Shown here in pieces: positions 13,056-26,294 of a stretch of 64,000 nt of DNA (position 1 is the first letter of the stretch; each line of letters begins with the position of its first letter). The notes beneath the pieces were generated by a model. It searched no databases. It had not been told where the DNA came from and saw nothing but the letters and a program-made list of their open reading frames with translations. Source of the DNA: Camelus ferus (Eukaryota); contig NC_045697.1 of the NCBI RefSeq assembly GCF_009834535.1, positions 54,872,001-54,936,000 of the forward strand, read 5' to 3'. A program made the translations under genes and the position numbers.

Positions 13056-14230
13056 GGACTCCAGGGCAAGATGACGACATAAGAAACTCCTGAATTTCCG
13101 TCTTCTCATGGACACCTCAAATGTATAAGCTCTACATGGAGCAATTCCCTTTGAGAGAAATCCAGATTCCTACACACTTAGTGAATGAGAAGTTACCCAA
13201 ATTGAAACAGGTAGGAAAGACTGAGATGTATTCTTGCCACAGATCCCACCCCGGCACAGGGCCATATATTCAGGAGGGAACCCCCAAATCCCAGTTACTT
13301 CCTAAGGAGCAAAGAATTTGACCTGCACTTTTAGCATCTCAACTTTTAAGGCTTTCACCTGAGGGGTGGACCCCGAAAATACCTACCTCTGAAAGCCAAT
13401 GAGCCTTGTACCTATGAGACCCATAGGACTATAGAAGACAAAAAAGCCATTCTTAAGGGGTACACTAGCACATCACTTCCCAGGGATCAGTACAGAGGGA
13501 GCAGGCAAAATACTCATCTCCTAGTCTTTACCTGAAAGGCGTTTGACTGCATAGTTTATAAGCTGGTGCCTGAAGGTCTATTTATAATCAGCCAGCATGT
13601 AGGTGCTGACTGCAGTCTTCCATTTTGGGACACTGATGGCTGTTGGCACACATTTAACTGTTGGGAACCCACTAATAACAAAGACAGTGGATTGGACAGT
13701 CACGAAGGTTTTAGGGGAAACCAGGGGCTCAATAAGGCTGATTGACAGTGTTCATCTCCTACATTAGACTAGTCTGTCAAGACTGGGAAGGTGGCTTTGT
13801 TTAATTTAATGAGCAGAAACCAGTACAGAGAATCAAGGAAGATGAGGAAACAAGTGGATATATTCCAAACAAAAGAACAAGATAAATTTCCAGAAACCAA
13901 TCTTAATGAAATAGAGATAAGTGATTTACTCAGTAGAAAGTTCAAAACAGCAATCATAAAGATGCTCACTGAAGTGAGAAGAGCAATGTGTGAACAAAGT
14001 GAGAATTCCAACAAAGAGATGGAAATAAATAAAAAAAAGTACCAAAAAGAAATCATAGTGCTGAAGAATACAATAATTGAACTGAAACATTTAGTAAAGG
14101 GGTTCAACATCAACTAGATCAAGTGGAAGAAAGGATCAGTGGACTTCCAAGACAGGGCAATAGAATTCTTTTCAATCAGAGGAGCAAAAAGAAAAAAAGA
14201 ATGAAAAAGAGTGAAGGTAGCTTAAGGAAC
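13056..14230 (+). mobile_element. L1 5' fragment: 5' UTR plus ORF1 N-terminus, 3'-truncated
   Basis: Starts with degenerate CAAGATGACG (canonical CAAGATGGCG). ORF 13791-14117 (MRKQVDIFQTKEQDK...KFKTAIIKMLTEVRR...) is the ORF1p coiled-coil N-terminus, continuing out of frame as LDQVEERIS. Confidence 0.85.
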
Positions 14231-14239
14231 TTTAATTAG

Positions 14240-14775
14240 CTCTTCTTCAGCCATTGTCATGGGTAACTTTCTCTGTGTTCACTTGCATGGTTCAGCTGCC
14301 TGTGTCCTACTAGTTATACTATGGGGCATGGGATTATACTTCTCAGGAGACTGCTAAAGGATTGTATGTAGCCTAGAAGTGCCAAGGAGTTAAGTTCTAG
14401 TGGGACGACTTCAAATAGCAGAAAACAGGAGATGGGGCAGGACCTGTAAAGATTCTTACCTTCTCTGGTTCTTCCTCCACTGGACTGCTCTGAGGCACAT
14501 TTTTTTCCCTTACAACTTTCCAGAGATATTTTTTATGCTGTGCAGATGCATCTGCTGAATGACTGGATGTGTCTTCATGGCTCCTCATGAAGCAGTAGCT
14601 AGCCCAGTAATCATCACTTGCATTGCTTGCCATTCTTCATGCTTAACCCCACTTTCCCTCACTCTCACTGCCCTGGATTGCCATCCTGCCCCACTGAACT
14701 CACCCTCTATTAAGCACTAATACTTAATTCTTGCTCCAGTCACTATTTTCTAGAGATATTTGAACTAAGAGACAT
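14240..14775 (+). mobile_element. Old ERVL-type LTR remnant
   Basis: LTR-like 3' end ...ATTAAGCACTAATACTTAATTCTTGCTCCAGTCACTATTTTCTAGAG...AACTAAGAGACA. Confidence 0.4.
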
Positions 14776-15235
14776 TTAAAGCTTTCGGCTGTTTTCCTCA
14801 GAATTATGCCCCATAGTCTGCTTTATTGATGGGTAAGCATTTTAATGTCAAAACAGTAACAAAAGTTAGAGTAGATAAACACATTTGCTTAATAATTTGA
14901 ACTTTACCTAACTTTCAAATAGATAAAAATTACCTAAATATCTTAAAGGTATATTTTAATAGATGAATTTCTATTAAATTTTAAGAATTTCACTTTTAAT
15001 ATTAATATCTCAATAATTAAAACATTTAGGTAAATTGACTTGAAGTATATAGAGATTCTGTCAGTTACTAAGAAACATTGCACGTAATTCTTTAGTTTTA
15101 TATGTTTAAATATAAAAGAATCTTGGGGTTGAAATACATGGATTTGAATTCCAGTTTCATCTGTTAATTGTTGCCTATCTAAATGTATGGCAGTAAAAAT
15201 AGAATATATGAACCCATTGCATGTTGCTATGCAAG

Positions 15236-15454
15236 TACGTTGAACCTTGAACAACATGGTTTTGAACTACACAGATCCACTTACATGCAGCTTTTTCTTT
15301 AATAACTACATTCTACAGTAGTACACCATCTGTGGTTGGTTGCGTCTATGGATGTGAAACAGTGGCTACAAGGGACCAACTGTAAAGTTAGATGTGGATT
15401 TTCAGCAGCAAGGAGGTTGGCCCCCCCAATCCCCATGTTGTTCAAGGGTCAACT
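15236..15454 (+). mobile_element. TcMar-Tigger MITE (Tigger2a-like)
   Basis: Terminal inverted repeats GTTGAACCTTGAACAACATGG ... CCATGTTGTTCAAGGGTCAACT with flanking TA. Confidence 0.8.
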
Positions 15455-16227
15455 ATAGCTTTGTTTATAGAATTTACATTACTCTGTAAGTGTCCCTGGT
15501 CTACCCTGTCTCTTCTCATCCCTAGTTTGTCACATTTTCTGTTTTCTCTTAATCAGAAACCCTTTCCTCTTCTTTACCTACCTAAGGTTCAGAATTAGAC
15601 TACAGTATGAAAATTTGGCCATCATATCCAAATATAATGAATATCAATTTCTGAGTCATTTAGACTAAGTCACTGAGCCTTATTTGCGTCTCTATTTCCT
15701 CAAGTGTAAAATACAAAAGGAAACATTTTTTCCTTATTCCATAATGCTCTTATAAAGAATGATGCAATCACAGAGGAATTATTTTTCAAATGCTTTGGAG
15801 AGCATACATCATTAATAAAATTATTGTTATATTTATTTTGCAACATTAAGAAAACAACAAAAATGAAGAATGCAATTACCTGACAAACAATATGCCCAAG
15901 GAGTAAGATGAAAAATTGGAAAAAATTGGAAATATTGTTTATCCTCAGCATTGCAAAATTTCACCTGTATTACCTCTTTTCACAAAATCATATTACTGAT
16001 TCTAATAGAGGGATGATCATTCACACAGTATAGGAAAAAACCTATTTAACACAATTTTAACCCCCAAGGGCAAATTAGCATATGGATATGATTTGACTAA
16101 TATATTATCTAGAATGGATATCTTTTTCTAATAGAATGTCTTCATTGAGTAAGTGAATATGTTTTGACATAAAGATTTTTAAGATTTAAAAAAATAATGG
16201 TGTAAGATTGATCAAGTTAGAATTTGA

Positions 16228-16269
16228 GAGAGCGCCGAATCCTAATCACTAGACCACGAGGGAGCGTGC
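16228..16269 (-). pseudogene. Tailless retropseudogene of the 5' half of tRNA-Glu(CTC)
   Basis: Minus strand: GCACGC + TCCCTCGTGGTCTAGTGATTAGGATTCGGCGCTCTC (tRNA-Glu 5' end to the CTC anticodon). Flanked by the exact direct repeat CAAGTTAGAATTTGA at 16213-16227 and 16270-16284. No poly(A). Confidence 0.92.
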
Positions 16270-16489
16270 CAAGTTAGAATTTGAAATTTAGCAGATGAGT
16301 AAATTTACTAGTCTTTTATGCATATTGACTTATGTAACCAAATATTTTTATTTTTATAAATGTTGTTGTGTCATGTCATTTCTCTCCTCTCTAAGATGTG
16401 TTTTTGGATCAGGTAATTTATGCTTTGTTTAAACATGTATTCAAAATAGAATATGTATGGCAAAATTTCTGGTTATCCACCTAGCAGTA

Positions 16490-16715
16490 GGGGGTTTAGC
16501 AGTGATTAAGAGCAGGGACTGTGGGATCAGGCTGGCTAGAATGTGAATCTCAGCACCACTCCTTAGCTGTGGCAGTGAGTAGAACTGCTTAACTTTTTTT
16601 TTACACCTAAGGACATCTCACTTGTAAAAGGAGGATGATGATCTCTTAGCAACAGAACTACTTTGAGAATTAATTTAGTTGAAGTATGTAGAGGGCTGGG
16701 CACAATGCTGGGCAC
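16490..16715 (+). mobile_element. MIR SINE (interrupted by a MER96B-like element)
   Basis: GCAGTGATTAAGAGCAGGGACT...GAATCTCAGCACCACT...; tail-like ACATAATTATTACTCAATAATTATTAG resumes near 16957. Confidence 0.6.
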
Positions 16716-16946
16716 CAGTACAGAGTCATACTATAGCCTGAGGCAAAAAGAAAAATCAATAATATTGTCTTTAGTTGTATAGAGAAAAGAGCTTGTCTTT
16801 AATTAAGATGTTGATATTTTATTCATCACGGATTTTTTGCATTAATTTTTATTTTTTTGAAATGTCACATTAAAATATTATAGTGTTTTGCACCCCCTTA
16901 TTTTTTTCCCAAGGCAAGTGCCTCACTCACTTGAGCCTAGTCCCTG
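16716..16946 (-). mobile_element. hAT-Tip100 element, MER96B-like
   Basis: GCCTGAGGCAAAAAGAAAAATC...TTCATCACGGATTTTTTGCATTAATTTT...AGGCAAGTGCCTCACTCAC...CCTAGTCCCTG. Confidence 0.7.
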
Positions 16947-17323
16947 CTTGGAGAGCACATAATTATTACTCAATAATTATTAGGTAACATTGATATTAGG
17001 CCAAGCATACACAGGTTATTTCCAAGTATGATGGGTTATGAGTCAAATTACAGGGGCTTCAGTGAACATACAGTAGGGGAAATCTTGCCTAGTATAACAA
17101 TTCACAGAAAGTCTCCCGAGGAAGTGAAATACTAGCCAAGACTGAAGGATATGCAGAGTTTAATGGTGAAGAAGCAGGAAAGATAAGGAGAGTATAGCAC
17201 ATGAAGGTGATAGGGGAGAGAAAAATCTAGGACATAAGAAATTGACATAAGCTAATATGACTATATCATAGGATGTCAGGGGACCTTGAGTATAGGATTA
17301 GGAAGAGGATTCAGGGCCAGATG

Positions 17324-17572
17324 TTTTTTAATTGAAGTATAGTCAATTTACAATGTTGTATTAATTTCTGGTTTGCAGCATAGTGATTCAGTTATACATA
17401 TATATTCCTTTTCATATTCTTTTTCATTATAGCCTGCTACAAGATACTGAATTTAGTTCCCTGTGCTATACAGTAGGGCTTTGTTGTTTATCTATTTTAT
17501 GTATAGTAGTATCTGCAAATCCCAAACTCCCAATTTATCCCTCTAACCTTGCCTTTCCGCCCTGGTAACCAT
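17324..17572 (-). mobile_element. 5'-truncated L1 3' UTR fragment (cetartiodactyl type)
   Basis: TTTTTTAATTGAAGTATAGTCAATTTACAATGTTG...TTCCCTGTGCTATACAGTAGG...CTGGTAACCAT. Confidence 0.85.
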
Positions 17573-17599
17573 CAGTGGTTTACAAATAATACGTAAACT

Positions 17600-17773
17600 C
17601 AGGGATGGCTTCATGGGTGTGAGGCTTTTGTAGTTGCACAGAATTTCTTGTTTAGAAGAATCCAATGCTTGTTTCCATGCTCTGTTTTCGCCAGTTGATA
17701 TTCCTAGTAAGTTCTGAACAAGGAGCTCCACATTATCACTTTGTGCTGGGACCTACAAATTATGTAGCTAGTC
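17600..17773 (+). mobile_element. hAT-Tip100 MITE, MER91A-like
   Basis: CAGGGATGGCTTCATGGGTGTG ... GGGACCTACAAATTATGTAGCTAGTC. Confidence 0.7.
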
Positions 17774-18369
17774 TTATGTAGACTTTATCATCAGGGCCTC
17801 GCAAAGTGACAGGAACAGATTAAAGTTTATACAGATCACTATTGTTGCTGTTTGGTCTGGGCCAACACTGAATACACCATTACCATTTGGAATAGTTGCA
17901 ATCCCCCAGGAGAAATGAGGCTTATTGTGGGAGAGTGGTAAAAGGGATAGAGAATGTAGACGGTTATTCAAAATTTTTAGTGAAAAGATCTCCAGGATAT
18001 AATTTAGAAAAAAAAAAAGCTACCTTTTGTGTAAGGACAATATATTTTATGCTTTTTTTTTCATATTTATGTATGGAAACACTGGAAGGGTATATAGGAA
18101 ATTTAAAAAAGTGGTTACCTGAATGTGGAGTGATGGTTAGGGAACAGAATGAATAGGGCAGGGGGTGGCAAGGAGACTTCTGGGTGTATGTTTTTGTTTT
18201 TGTAATATCATTTTGATTTTTTGAGCCATGTGAATTAAGGAGCCAAAAGATAAAATATAAAAAGAAAGGCAAGCAGACATGAGGTATTCACAAACCGTAG
18301 GCTAGAACTTGGTGACTGAATGTGAGGATGGTTAGGAAGAGGGAGAAGTAGAAGGTAACTTTAGTGATC

Positions 18370-19295
18370 ATTGTTGTTGGGTCCCCACGGTGCATTCTGC
18401 CAGAAACAACTGGTCCAAACCAGTGGTCATAATCCATTCTCCTTGCCAGTGATTTATTTAGGAATGGACTTGGGACCCAATCCTGGAAACATGACCCATA
18501 GGAAAGTAGGCTTCCTAAGGCTGCTATAACAAATCACCCCAAACTGGGTGGCTTAACACAACAGAAATGTGTTCTTTCACAGTTCTGGAAGTTAGAGGAT
18601 GAAATCTAAGGATCTGCAGGCCTGGTTCCTTCTGGATGCTCCGAGGGAAGATCTGTCCCACGCCCCTCACTTAGCTTCTAGTTGTTGCCTGCAGTCCTTG
18701 GCACTCCTTGGCTTGCAGCTCAGTCACTCCAGTCCTTGCCTTGTCTTCACTTGACCTTCCCTACTGTGTGTCTTTTCTGTGTGTTTATATGGTGTTTTCT
18801 ATAAGGACAGCAGTGATTAGATTTGGGGCCTACACTAATCAATAATACTATCTTTAGTTAAAGACAGTAAGGCGCCTGTCTTTAATTAAAATATTGGTAT
18901 TTCGTTCATCATGGATTGAACATGACATCATTTTAACAAATTACACCTCCAAAGACCCGATTTCCAAACAAGGTCCCAACCACAGGGGATACAATTCAAC
19001 CCACTACAGGGGGCTTCTGAAAAATTTTCTCATTCCTAAGTAGGAGAAGCAGGAAGACACAGTCCCTTTTCCTTTTCTGGATATTATCATGTATGGAAAT
19101 GATGCTTGAACGTGCTGCCACCCACTTCCCGTCAGTCTGGGGATGAAGCCAACGTGCGAAGGAAGACAGTTCCAAGAATATTTCAGAGAAGAGGAGCTAG
19201 CACTAAAGAGAGGTGTTATGTGAGATACATTTATTGTGTAAGCCAGTTTTAGTCAAGATTTCCATTGTTTCAGCCAATAGCATCTTAAGTGAATT
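18370..19295 (+). mobile_element. Old MLT1 LTR split by a younger antisense MLT1
   Basis: MaLR-like segments at 18370-18505 and 19010-19295 (GTAAGCCAGTTTTAGTCAAGATTTCCATTGTTTCAGCC...) flank the nested element. Confidence 0.55.
18508..19008 (-). mobile_element. MaLR LTR (MLT1B/C-like), nested
   Basis: TTCCTAAGGCTGCTATAACAAATCACCCCAAACTGGGTGGCTTAACACAACAGAAATG ... ACAATTCAACCCACTACA. Confidence 0.8.
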
Positions 19296-21404
19296 AGCAG
19301 TGAATTAGTAGCACTCAGATTTCGTATTAATCAATCTGATGCATTGTTGTAGTCTGTGGGAGTACTGAAGCAAAATAGTTTTTGTGGAAGAGATGTCACA
19401 ACTGTACCTTCTGGAAAAATGTTACTTTATTTCATAGAAAATATCTGATCAAATGACTGATTTGTGGCTTATAACTTATTTTAATTAACCTAAGAGTTTC
19501 TCTACAGGACATTCCATCCAGAGCCAGCTTAAGGTTAATTAGTGATTATGCATGACGCTTGTGGGATTTGACCAGGGTGGAGCTCTATTGTCATTAAAAC
19601 ATCCACAGAAAATACACTAGTTGTGTGAGATCTGTAGGGCAATCACTTAGTCACATGTAGCCAATCACTTGGTCGTTAGTACTGATAAGTGAGGGTTTGG
19701 AAAGGAGGCTGTTGTGTTGGTTCCTGACAGAGGTGATGAGAGCTTGATATAGAGCAGTTAAGAGTGATATTAGAGAGGATGGAATATACTTTCAGAGGAG
19801 GAATGTAAAGTTCTTGAAAGTACGATTGGAAAATGGAAATAGACAAAGCAGGCAGAAGAGTAAATTTGATGCCAAGTATTTGAACCCCTCAACAAGTCCT
19901 TTCTCTAAATGCTGTAAAAACTAATCAAGTCCACTAGGCTTGTGAAATTGCTTTGAGGATGCTTTCTTTGATGTGGTATTTGAGTTCTTTGATTTAATTT
20001 CCCTGATAGTAAAAAAGAAAATCATTTTTATTTTAGCTTTTACATTAATTTGTATAATGCTAGATCCAGATGGTATAACAATGTGTCTCCTTTAATCTCC
20101 TGTTAACCTAGCAAATATCTTTAAAAATGTGTTGATCATTTCTAGCAGTTGGGTTTTCTTAATGGCTCAATGACTTGGATATGGTTTAATGGTGATGTGA
20201 ATTCTTTGGTAGTTCTCTTTAAAATCCTGAATAAAATGGCATTTTTATAGACAGTATACTGCACATTTAAACAGGTTACAGTGAAAACCAACTAATATTG
20301 AGTATAATTCTTAAGGATAATGCTTAATATTAGTTTGTATGAAGATTTTTCTTTTCATGAAAATACAATGGAAAACATCTTAACTTATTTTTGACATACC
20401 ACAAGTTGTTTTATCCTCCATATTTGCATTTAAATTCATTTCTGAGAACAATTATTAAGAGCAGTGAATGAAGACTGAATCCCCGTGAATATAGGTTAGG
20501 CACCATTCTATGTACTTTATTTTTTTTAACAGCCATAAAGTAAATTGCTTTAATTCTTTCACAGTTGGGCCAGAGCTGTCCGTTTGGATTTCACAAGATG
20601 TGCCTACTACCTTGGATATTAAAACAAATGTTACACTGCTTCAGCAAGGTCCATTTTGGTTTTTAGCCAGTCACATTGTAGAGGACTGTCTATAAATCAG
20701 GATATTATAATCTGAATGTCAGTATTAGAAAATATAGCAGTCTTAAAATAATACCCTACACATTATCAAACAATCTCTGTCCTGTTTTCTTTATACATTT
20801 CTGAATTTATGTATGTTAGGGCTTTAACAAACTTGTGTTTGTAGTAATTCTGTATTTGTGCTAAAACTCAAATGCCTCTGTTTATCCTCCTTCCTTCTTC
20901 AAACTCTCTTCTCCCTTGGCCTGTGCTGGTTTCACTTTCTCTTGAAATGACGACCTTCACTGGTCCAATTTCTCTTTTTTAGGCTGCTAAATGGGCTTCG
21001 TTTTTTCAGGTGTTTGCTCAAATGTCACTCTTTCAGTGAGGCCTTCCCTGAACAGCTGATAGAAAATTGCAAGCGCCTTCTTTCTTGAAAAGTCTCTATA
21101 CCTAAGGGATTAGTAAAGTTATATTTCTCACTTTCATTATTGACCTCTGCTCAGAGTTTCAAACTTCACAGAATCATTTAATAATATTAGGAGCACTGTG
21201 TATATTATAGAGATGATATTGGCCTTATTCCTGCACATGTGGGAATATCTTAGATTACTGTTGTTACTGTTATTATTGATATTGGAATATTACAGTTATA
21301 ATGCACTATATTACATATGTTATATATGTGGACTCTTCACAGTGAGGTCCTCAACTGGAGTCTTTTGACTGAGTTATATTTAATGTTAGTAATGGTCCAC
21401 AGTG

Positions 21405-21806
21405 ACCTAGATATCATATTAAGTGAAGTAAGTCAGACAGAGAAAGACAAATATCATATGATGTCACTTATATATGCAATCTAAAAAAAATACAAATTTT
21501 ATTTACAAACTGGAAATAGACTCATGGACATAGAAAACAAACTGTGGTTACTGAGGGAAAAAAGGGGGAGTAGGGATAGATTAGTTTAGGATTAATAGAT
21601 ACACATTATTATATATAACATAGATAAACAACAAGGACCTACTGTATAGCACAGGGAACTATATTCAGTTTCTTGTAATGAGATGTAATGGAAAAGAATC
21701 TGAAAAAATGTATATGTATGTATATGTATAATGGAATTGCTTTGCTGTACACATGAAACTAACATTGTAAATGGACCACTTAAATAAAAAATAAGAATTA
21801 AAAAAT
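21405..21806 (+). mobile_element. 5'-truncated L1 3' end
   Basis: ORF2 C-terminal TAAGTGAAGTAAGTCAGACAGAGAAAGACAAATATCATATG, 3' UTR, A-rich tail; imperfect flanking repeat TAATGGTCCACAGTGA / TAATGATCCACAAGTGA. Confidence 0.85.
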
Positions 21807-24800
21807 AATGATCCACAAGTGAACAGTGAGGTTAAATCATGCCTCAGAAATTAAAGGGCTGTCTATATGGTAAATATTGGCTTTTCATTGCAAGAACCAG
21901 AGATTCCCTTATTAATTGAAGACCTGTTGCTTGAGCAAAGTAGTTACCTTCTCTGAATCACAGTTTCAACTTTAATAGCTTTAAAATTGTTTACAGCACA
22001 AGATTATTTTAAAAATTAAATGAATTGTCATGTAAAATCTAGTTTGACAAAAAAATTATGAAATTATTTGAGATTCATTCACTGCTCAAGAGGTTGCAGT
22101 ATGGTGATAGATAGGCTAGCCCTGCAGTCGATTCTGTTGTGATCTGGTTGAGGCAATGAACCTTAAAAACAACCAGTACTGACCATTTTATAGATCCTCT
22201 ATTAGAAGTTGACAAAGGCAGAGGAGGAACGAGTGAATGAAAGTCTTTTGAGGAGGTGAGGCTTTAGTTGAGTCTTGAAGTCAAAGTGTTATTTTGATAA
22301 GGTTTGAGAAGGGAGCCCAAATTAAGAGAACATCATACTCAAAAGCATGTAGGCATGAAACAGTCTGTCTCATTCATGTTGTAAGAAGCTTCATATTGAA
22401 ATCAAGAAGATATTTAATGAGGTTGCAAGATTGAGAATAAGGATTTAGGTAGTGGCTTGTGCAATAAACTAAGAAATCTGAACCAGAAGTCAGCATCACT
22501 ATAAGAGATTTTAAGCAGGGTATTAGTGTGATTATATTAATCATGTTAAAAGGTTACATTGGGAACAGTGAGGAAGATGGATTAGAGAGAGGTAGATCTA
22601 GAGAATAGGGAGAATTCTAATGATGTAAATCAGGAAAAAATGAGATCTGAATTAAACAGCAGTGATAGAAATGGCATATATTTGAGGCAATATAGGAGGT
22701 ATAATTGACTACCCATAGTGACCATTTGGATGTGGTAAAAGATGGAAGTCTCCATGTTTCTGTATTAGACCCTGGATAGATGACATAATTCACTAAAATA
22801 GTAATTAAAGAAGAAGAAATCAGAGTTCAAGGTAAAGGCATTTCTTTTTGAAGCATGTTGCATTTGAGGTTTCATGTAATATCCAGTGATTTTTGGATAA
22901 AGACAGAATTGTTGGACATGGCCCTCAAGATTGCATGGTTTGGTTCTTCCCTTCCATTTCAGGCTCATTCATGTACCTGTGTTCCCCACTTCTGTCTGAT
23001 GGAGCAGTATGGGTCTTCTTTTTGTCCCTTGTATTCATCATCACAGAGCCTTTGTAGATGTTATTCCCTCAGCCTGGACCACCCTTCTTTATCTTCATTG
23101 CTTAGTTTCTTCCTACTCATATTTCATAGCTCAGTTTCAGATTAAATTTCTTGGGACAATCTTTCCTGACTTCCTTAACAAGATCAAATCCAGTAAACTT
23201 TTGTAATACTCAGAGGCCCTCAAGAATATATTTGTTGTGGAAGAAGTAAATACTAAAAGAAAGACACATGGATGCTGAGGAGCCAAAACACAACAGATTT
23301 CCATACAACTCTTATTGTGTTCATCAATGTGTGTCTGGTCTCTGGGTTCCAGGAATTCCTGCATCTAACCATACTATTGTTGATTGTAACAGATTCAAAG
23401 GAAGAGCCTGGATCTGAGAAATATCTGAAGGTAAAGAATGATAGCATCTGATGACTGAAAAGATGTAGATATTATATCTAGATTTATCATCCTGGATTAT
23501 TAGAAGGATGATAGTAACATTGACAGAAATGGGGAATCAGGAAAATGAATTAATTTTTCAGGGAAGATGCTTAAAAATAATTGTGAATGTTGAAAGAATT
23601 ATAAAGGATTCCATGCTAGCTGTGAGACTGATAATCTTAGCTGCTGCACCTCTTTATTCAAATTTGATAAAAGATTTATAGGTTTTAATGATTCCCTTCT
23701 TCAGTGAGGTAGACAACTGATGGACAAGGGAAGTCTTTTTGTGTAATCAGTGGCTGCCTTGTAACTTCTAACTTCTTTTTTCTTTTTATCAGACCTATTG
23801 TAGAAAATACTAGTTGAAAGAAGTCATGTTAGGTAACAATTTTGTTTTTCTTTTTTTGTCAGCATTAATTAACCTATTAGACAGGTTATTCTGATGCCAG
23901 TTTATTAGGACACATTAGGCATTCTGTTGCACTGAGATGTACTCAGCAGACATGACCTCTTGCTCTACTTTTCCAAACATCTGTTCTTCAGAGTTTACCC
24001 GTAATGTTACTACCTAATTAAACTCTAACAGCATGAAATTCTTTTCTGTTAAATGTGAAGTGGTTATGCTAAACTCTGCCATAGGAAACCTAGAGATTTG
24101 ACTTAAAGGAAAAGAAAGGTTTTCTCCAAGTTTAAGTCTTTCATTAGTGAGTAGGTGATGCTACTTTTTGACCAAGGCTTTTTTGTTCAGAGATTAAAGA
24201 TTACTCACACAATTCATTTTTTAAAGGTAGAAATAATAAAGAAAGGCTGTAGGCAGGGCTCTGACCTAGATTCTGTGGGATCCAGAAAGATAAGGGGTCT
24301 CTAAGATATAGCACCTGCCGTAGAGTAGGTGCTGATGCTTCCACAATCTAAGGTGAGGTCACGGCTCTTTCCAAGGCTTCATTAGCCTGACATTTAAGTA
24401 TAATGCTAAGTTCCACTACATCGGGGGATCTCCCTATATCTGAGGGAATTATTATTTACATAAGCACTCAATGATAATACAGTCATGGTCCTACTGAATT
24501 TCATTTAATAAAACTTACCAATCAGTATTTGGGATAACATATTTTACAGTTTTCAGTAATTTGACATAGTGTTTAAATTTCAGTGCTATTTGATGGTAAA
24601 TGTGGATGAGTTGCTATTGGAAAATGATCCCCAAGGAAATTACTGACTCTATAATCAGATTACCAAACTTTGATCTCCAAATATACATTCATTCATTCAA
24701 CAAATATCTGTGAGCACCTATTAGACAATAGAAGACATTGAATAGATTTTTGTCTCCGTTTTTTTTCTATTCAGAATAATAATTTTTACTAATAGTTTAT

Positions 24801-25693
24801 GCAGCAAATCCTAGGGATTTGTCCTTTCCTTGTGTATTAAATTTTTTCACACAAATATTGGGCATCCCAGACCTAATTAAAAACTTAAACAAAAATTGAA
24901 TTTATACAATCTAATCCAGAGTAAATGAATCTATTTTTTAATATTTATAACCAGGATTTTTTATTAATGGGGAGTTGTTATTGGTTATTCATTCAATTAA
25001 TCATGAATTTTCTAGGTACTTTTATATAGACTTTTATGTTGAAATATATATTTTCCAACATTACAAAAGCTAGAATTGTGTTTGGATTCTGTCAAACTAC
25101 TGTCCACGTTGTCTTTTAAAACATAGAAAAATCATATGTGATCTCATCAACTGTGGTACAGACTGTTGGATGAGTGAGAATATGTATTAAGTAATGTTTA
25201 CCTTAAAAGCAAATTTAGTCTTTTACCCTAGTATCTAAGACTTGCTATAAAAATTGATCTCAGGAATATTTGTCTAAACTATTTCCAATGTGCATTAATA
25301 GTCGATTTAGAAGACGTGAGGAGGGTAAAAGAATAGCAAGGTTATTCAGAGGTCTCAACAGTTAAATGTCTCATAAAAAGGATTCTTTCCTACACATGTT
25401 CTTACTCACTGCACATTGCACACAGATGATTCTAATCACCGCCACTCAAATCACCTGATGCCTCAATTACCTTGGCTTCAATGAGCACATTCCAAACTCC
25501 AGAGCACCCATATTCATACTCTGATAATAGGCTGCCAATTAAGTTATCTTTCTCTGGAAACTTATTATGGCAGTTCAGTGAATATAATGTCATTAGCGCC
25601 CTTATATCATCATAGCCTGGGCAGTTGCTGACACTGCATAAATATAACTGCTAAGCTATTAAAGTAGCTCTTCAACCAAAATAGCCTTGAAAT

Positions 25694-25694
<1 letters not shown>

Positions 25695-25729
<35 letters not shown>
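25695..25729. repeat. (CA)n microsatellite
   Basis: Direct reading. Confidence 0.95.
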
Positions 25730-25732
<3 letters not shown>

Positions 25733-26294
25733 CTGTAGCTGTGTGTGAAGTGAGCAGGTAAATATGAGTGTATGCATTTATGCATGTGTGTACAAGCAGG
25801 TCTTTTGTATAAATATATAGATGGGGAAAATGATATTCATACACAAGGAAAGCACAAATACTTAGAAGAGGGATAAATTATTAGTAAAAATGCCTATAAA
25901 GCTCATACAACTTTGCCACCAATAAAAATGACACAAGTTGTAGCAATGGGCAGTATTTCTGTAACACGGAACACTAGGTTGAATTATACCTTGTTGAAAT
26001 ATTTCTTAAGGTATGCTATTTCCACATGGGTTCAGGAAATGAAGATAACACTTTAACTTGAAACTCCAGAAGAATTATGAAAGAATGTTTGGGAATCAAC
26101 TCTCACTGTAGAATTAGAAGTACACACATTTTTCTCGAAAGTTTAGCATAAGGTTATACAAAATACAAGCATTACTGAGATTCCAGTGTAAGTTGGAATC
26201 ATTTGTATTAGTTAATTAATTTCTTTCTTAAGAATTAAGAGCTGATGAATGCCATCAGTATAATAATCTGCTCTGCTGGACACTTTTCTCCTTA

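Noticed and set aside
16213..16284. Repeat-spacer-repeat read as a CRISPR-like unit or a functional tRNA gene
   Set aside because: Eukaryotic DNA; the two repeats are a TSD, and the tRNA lacks its 3' half and B box.
24306..24332. Short hairpin AGCACCTG...TAGGTGCT
   Set aside because: An 8-bp imperfect stem is expected by chance in 64 kb.
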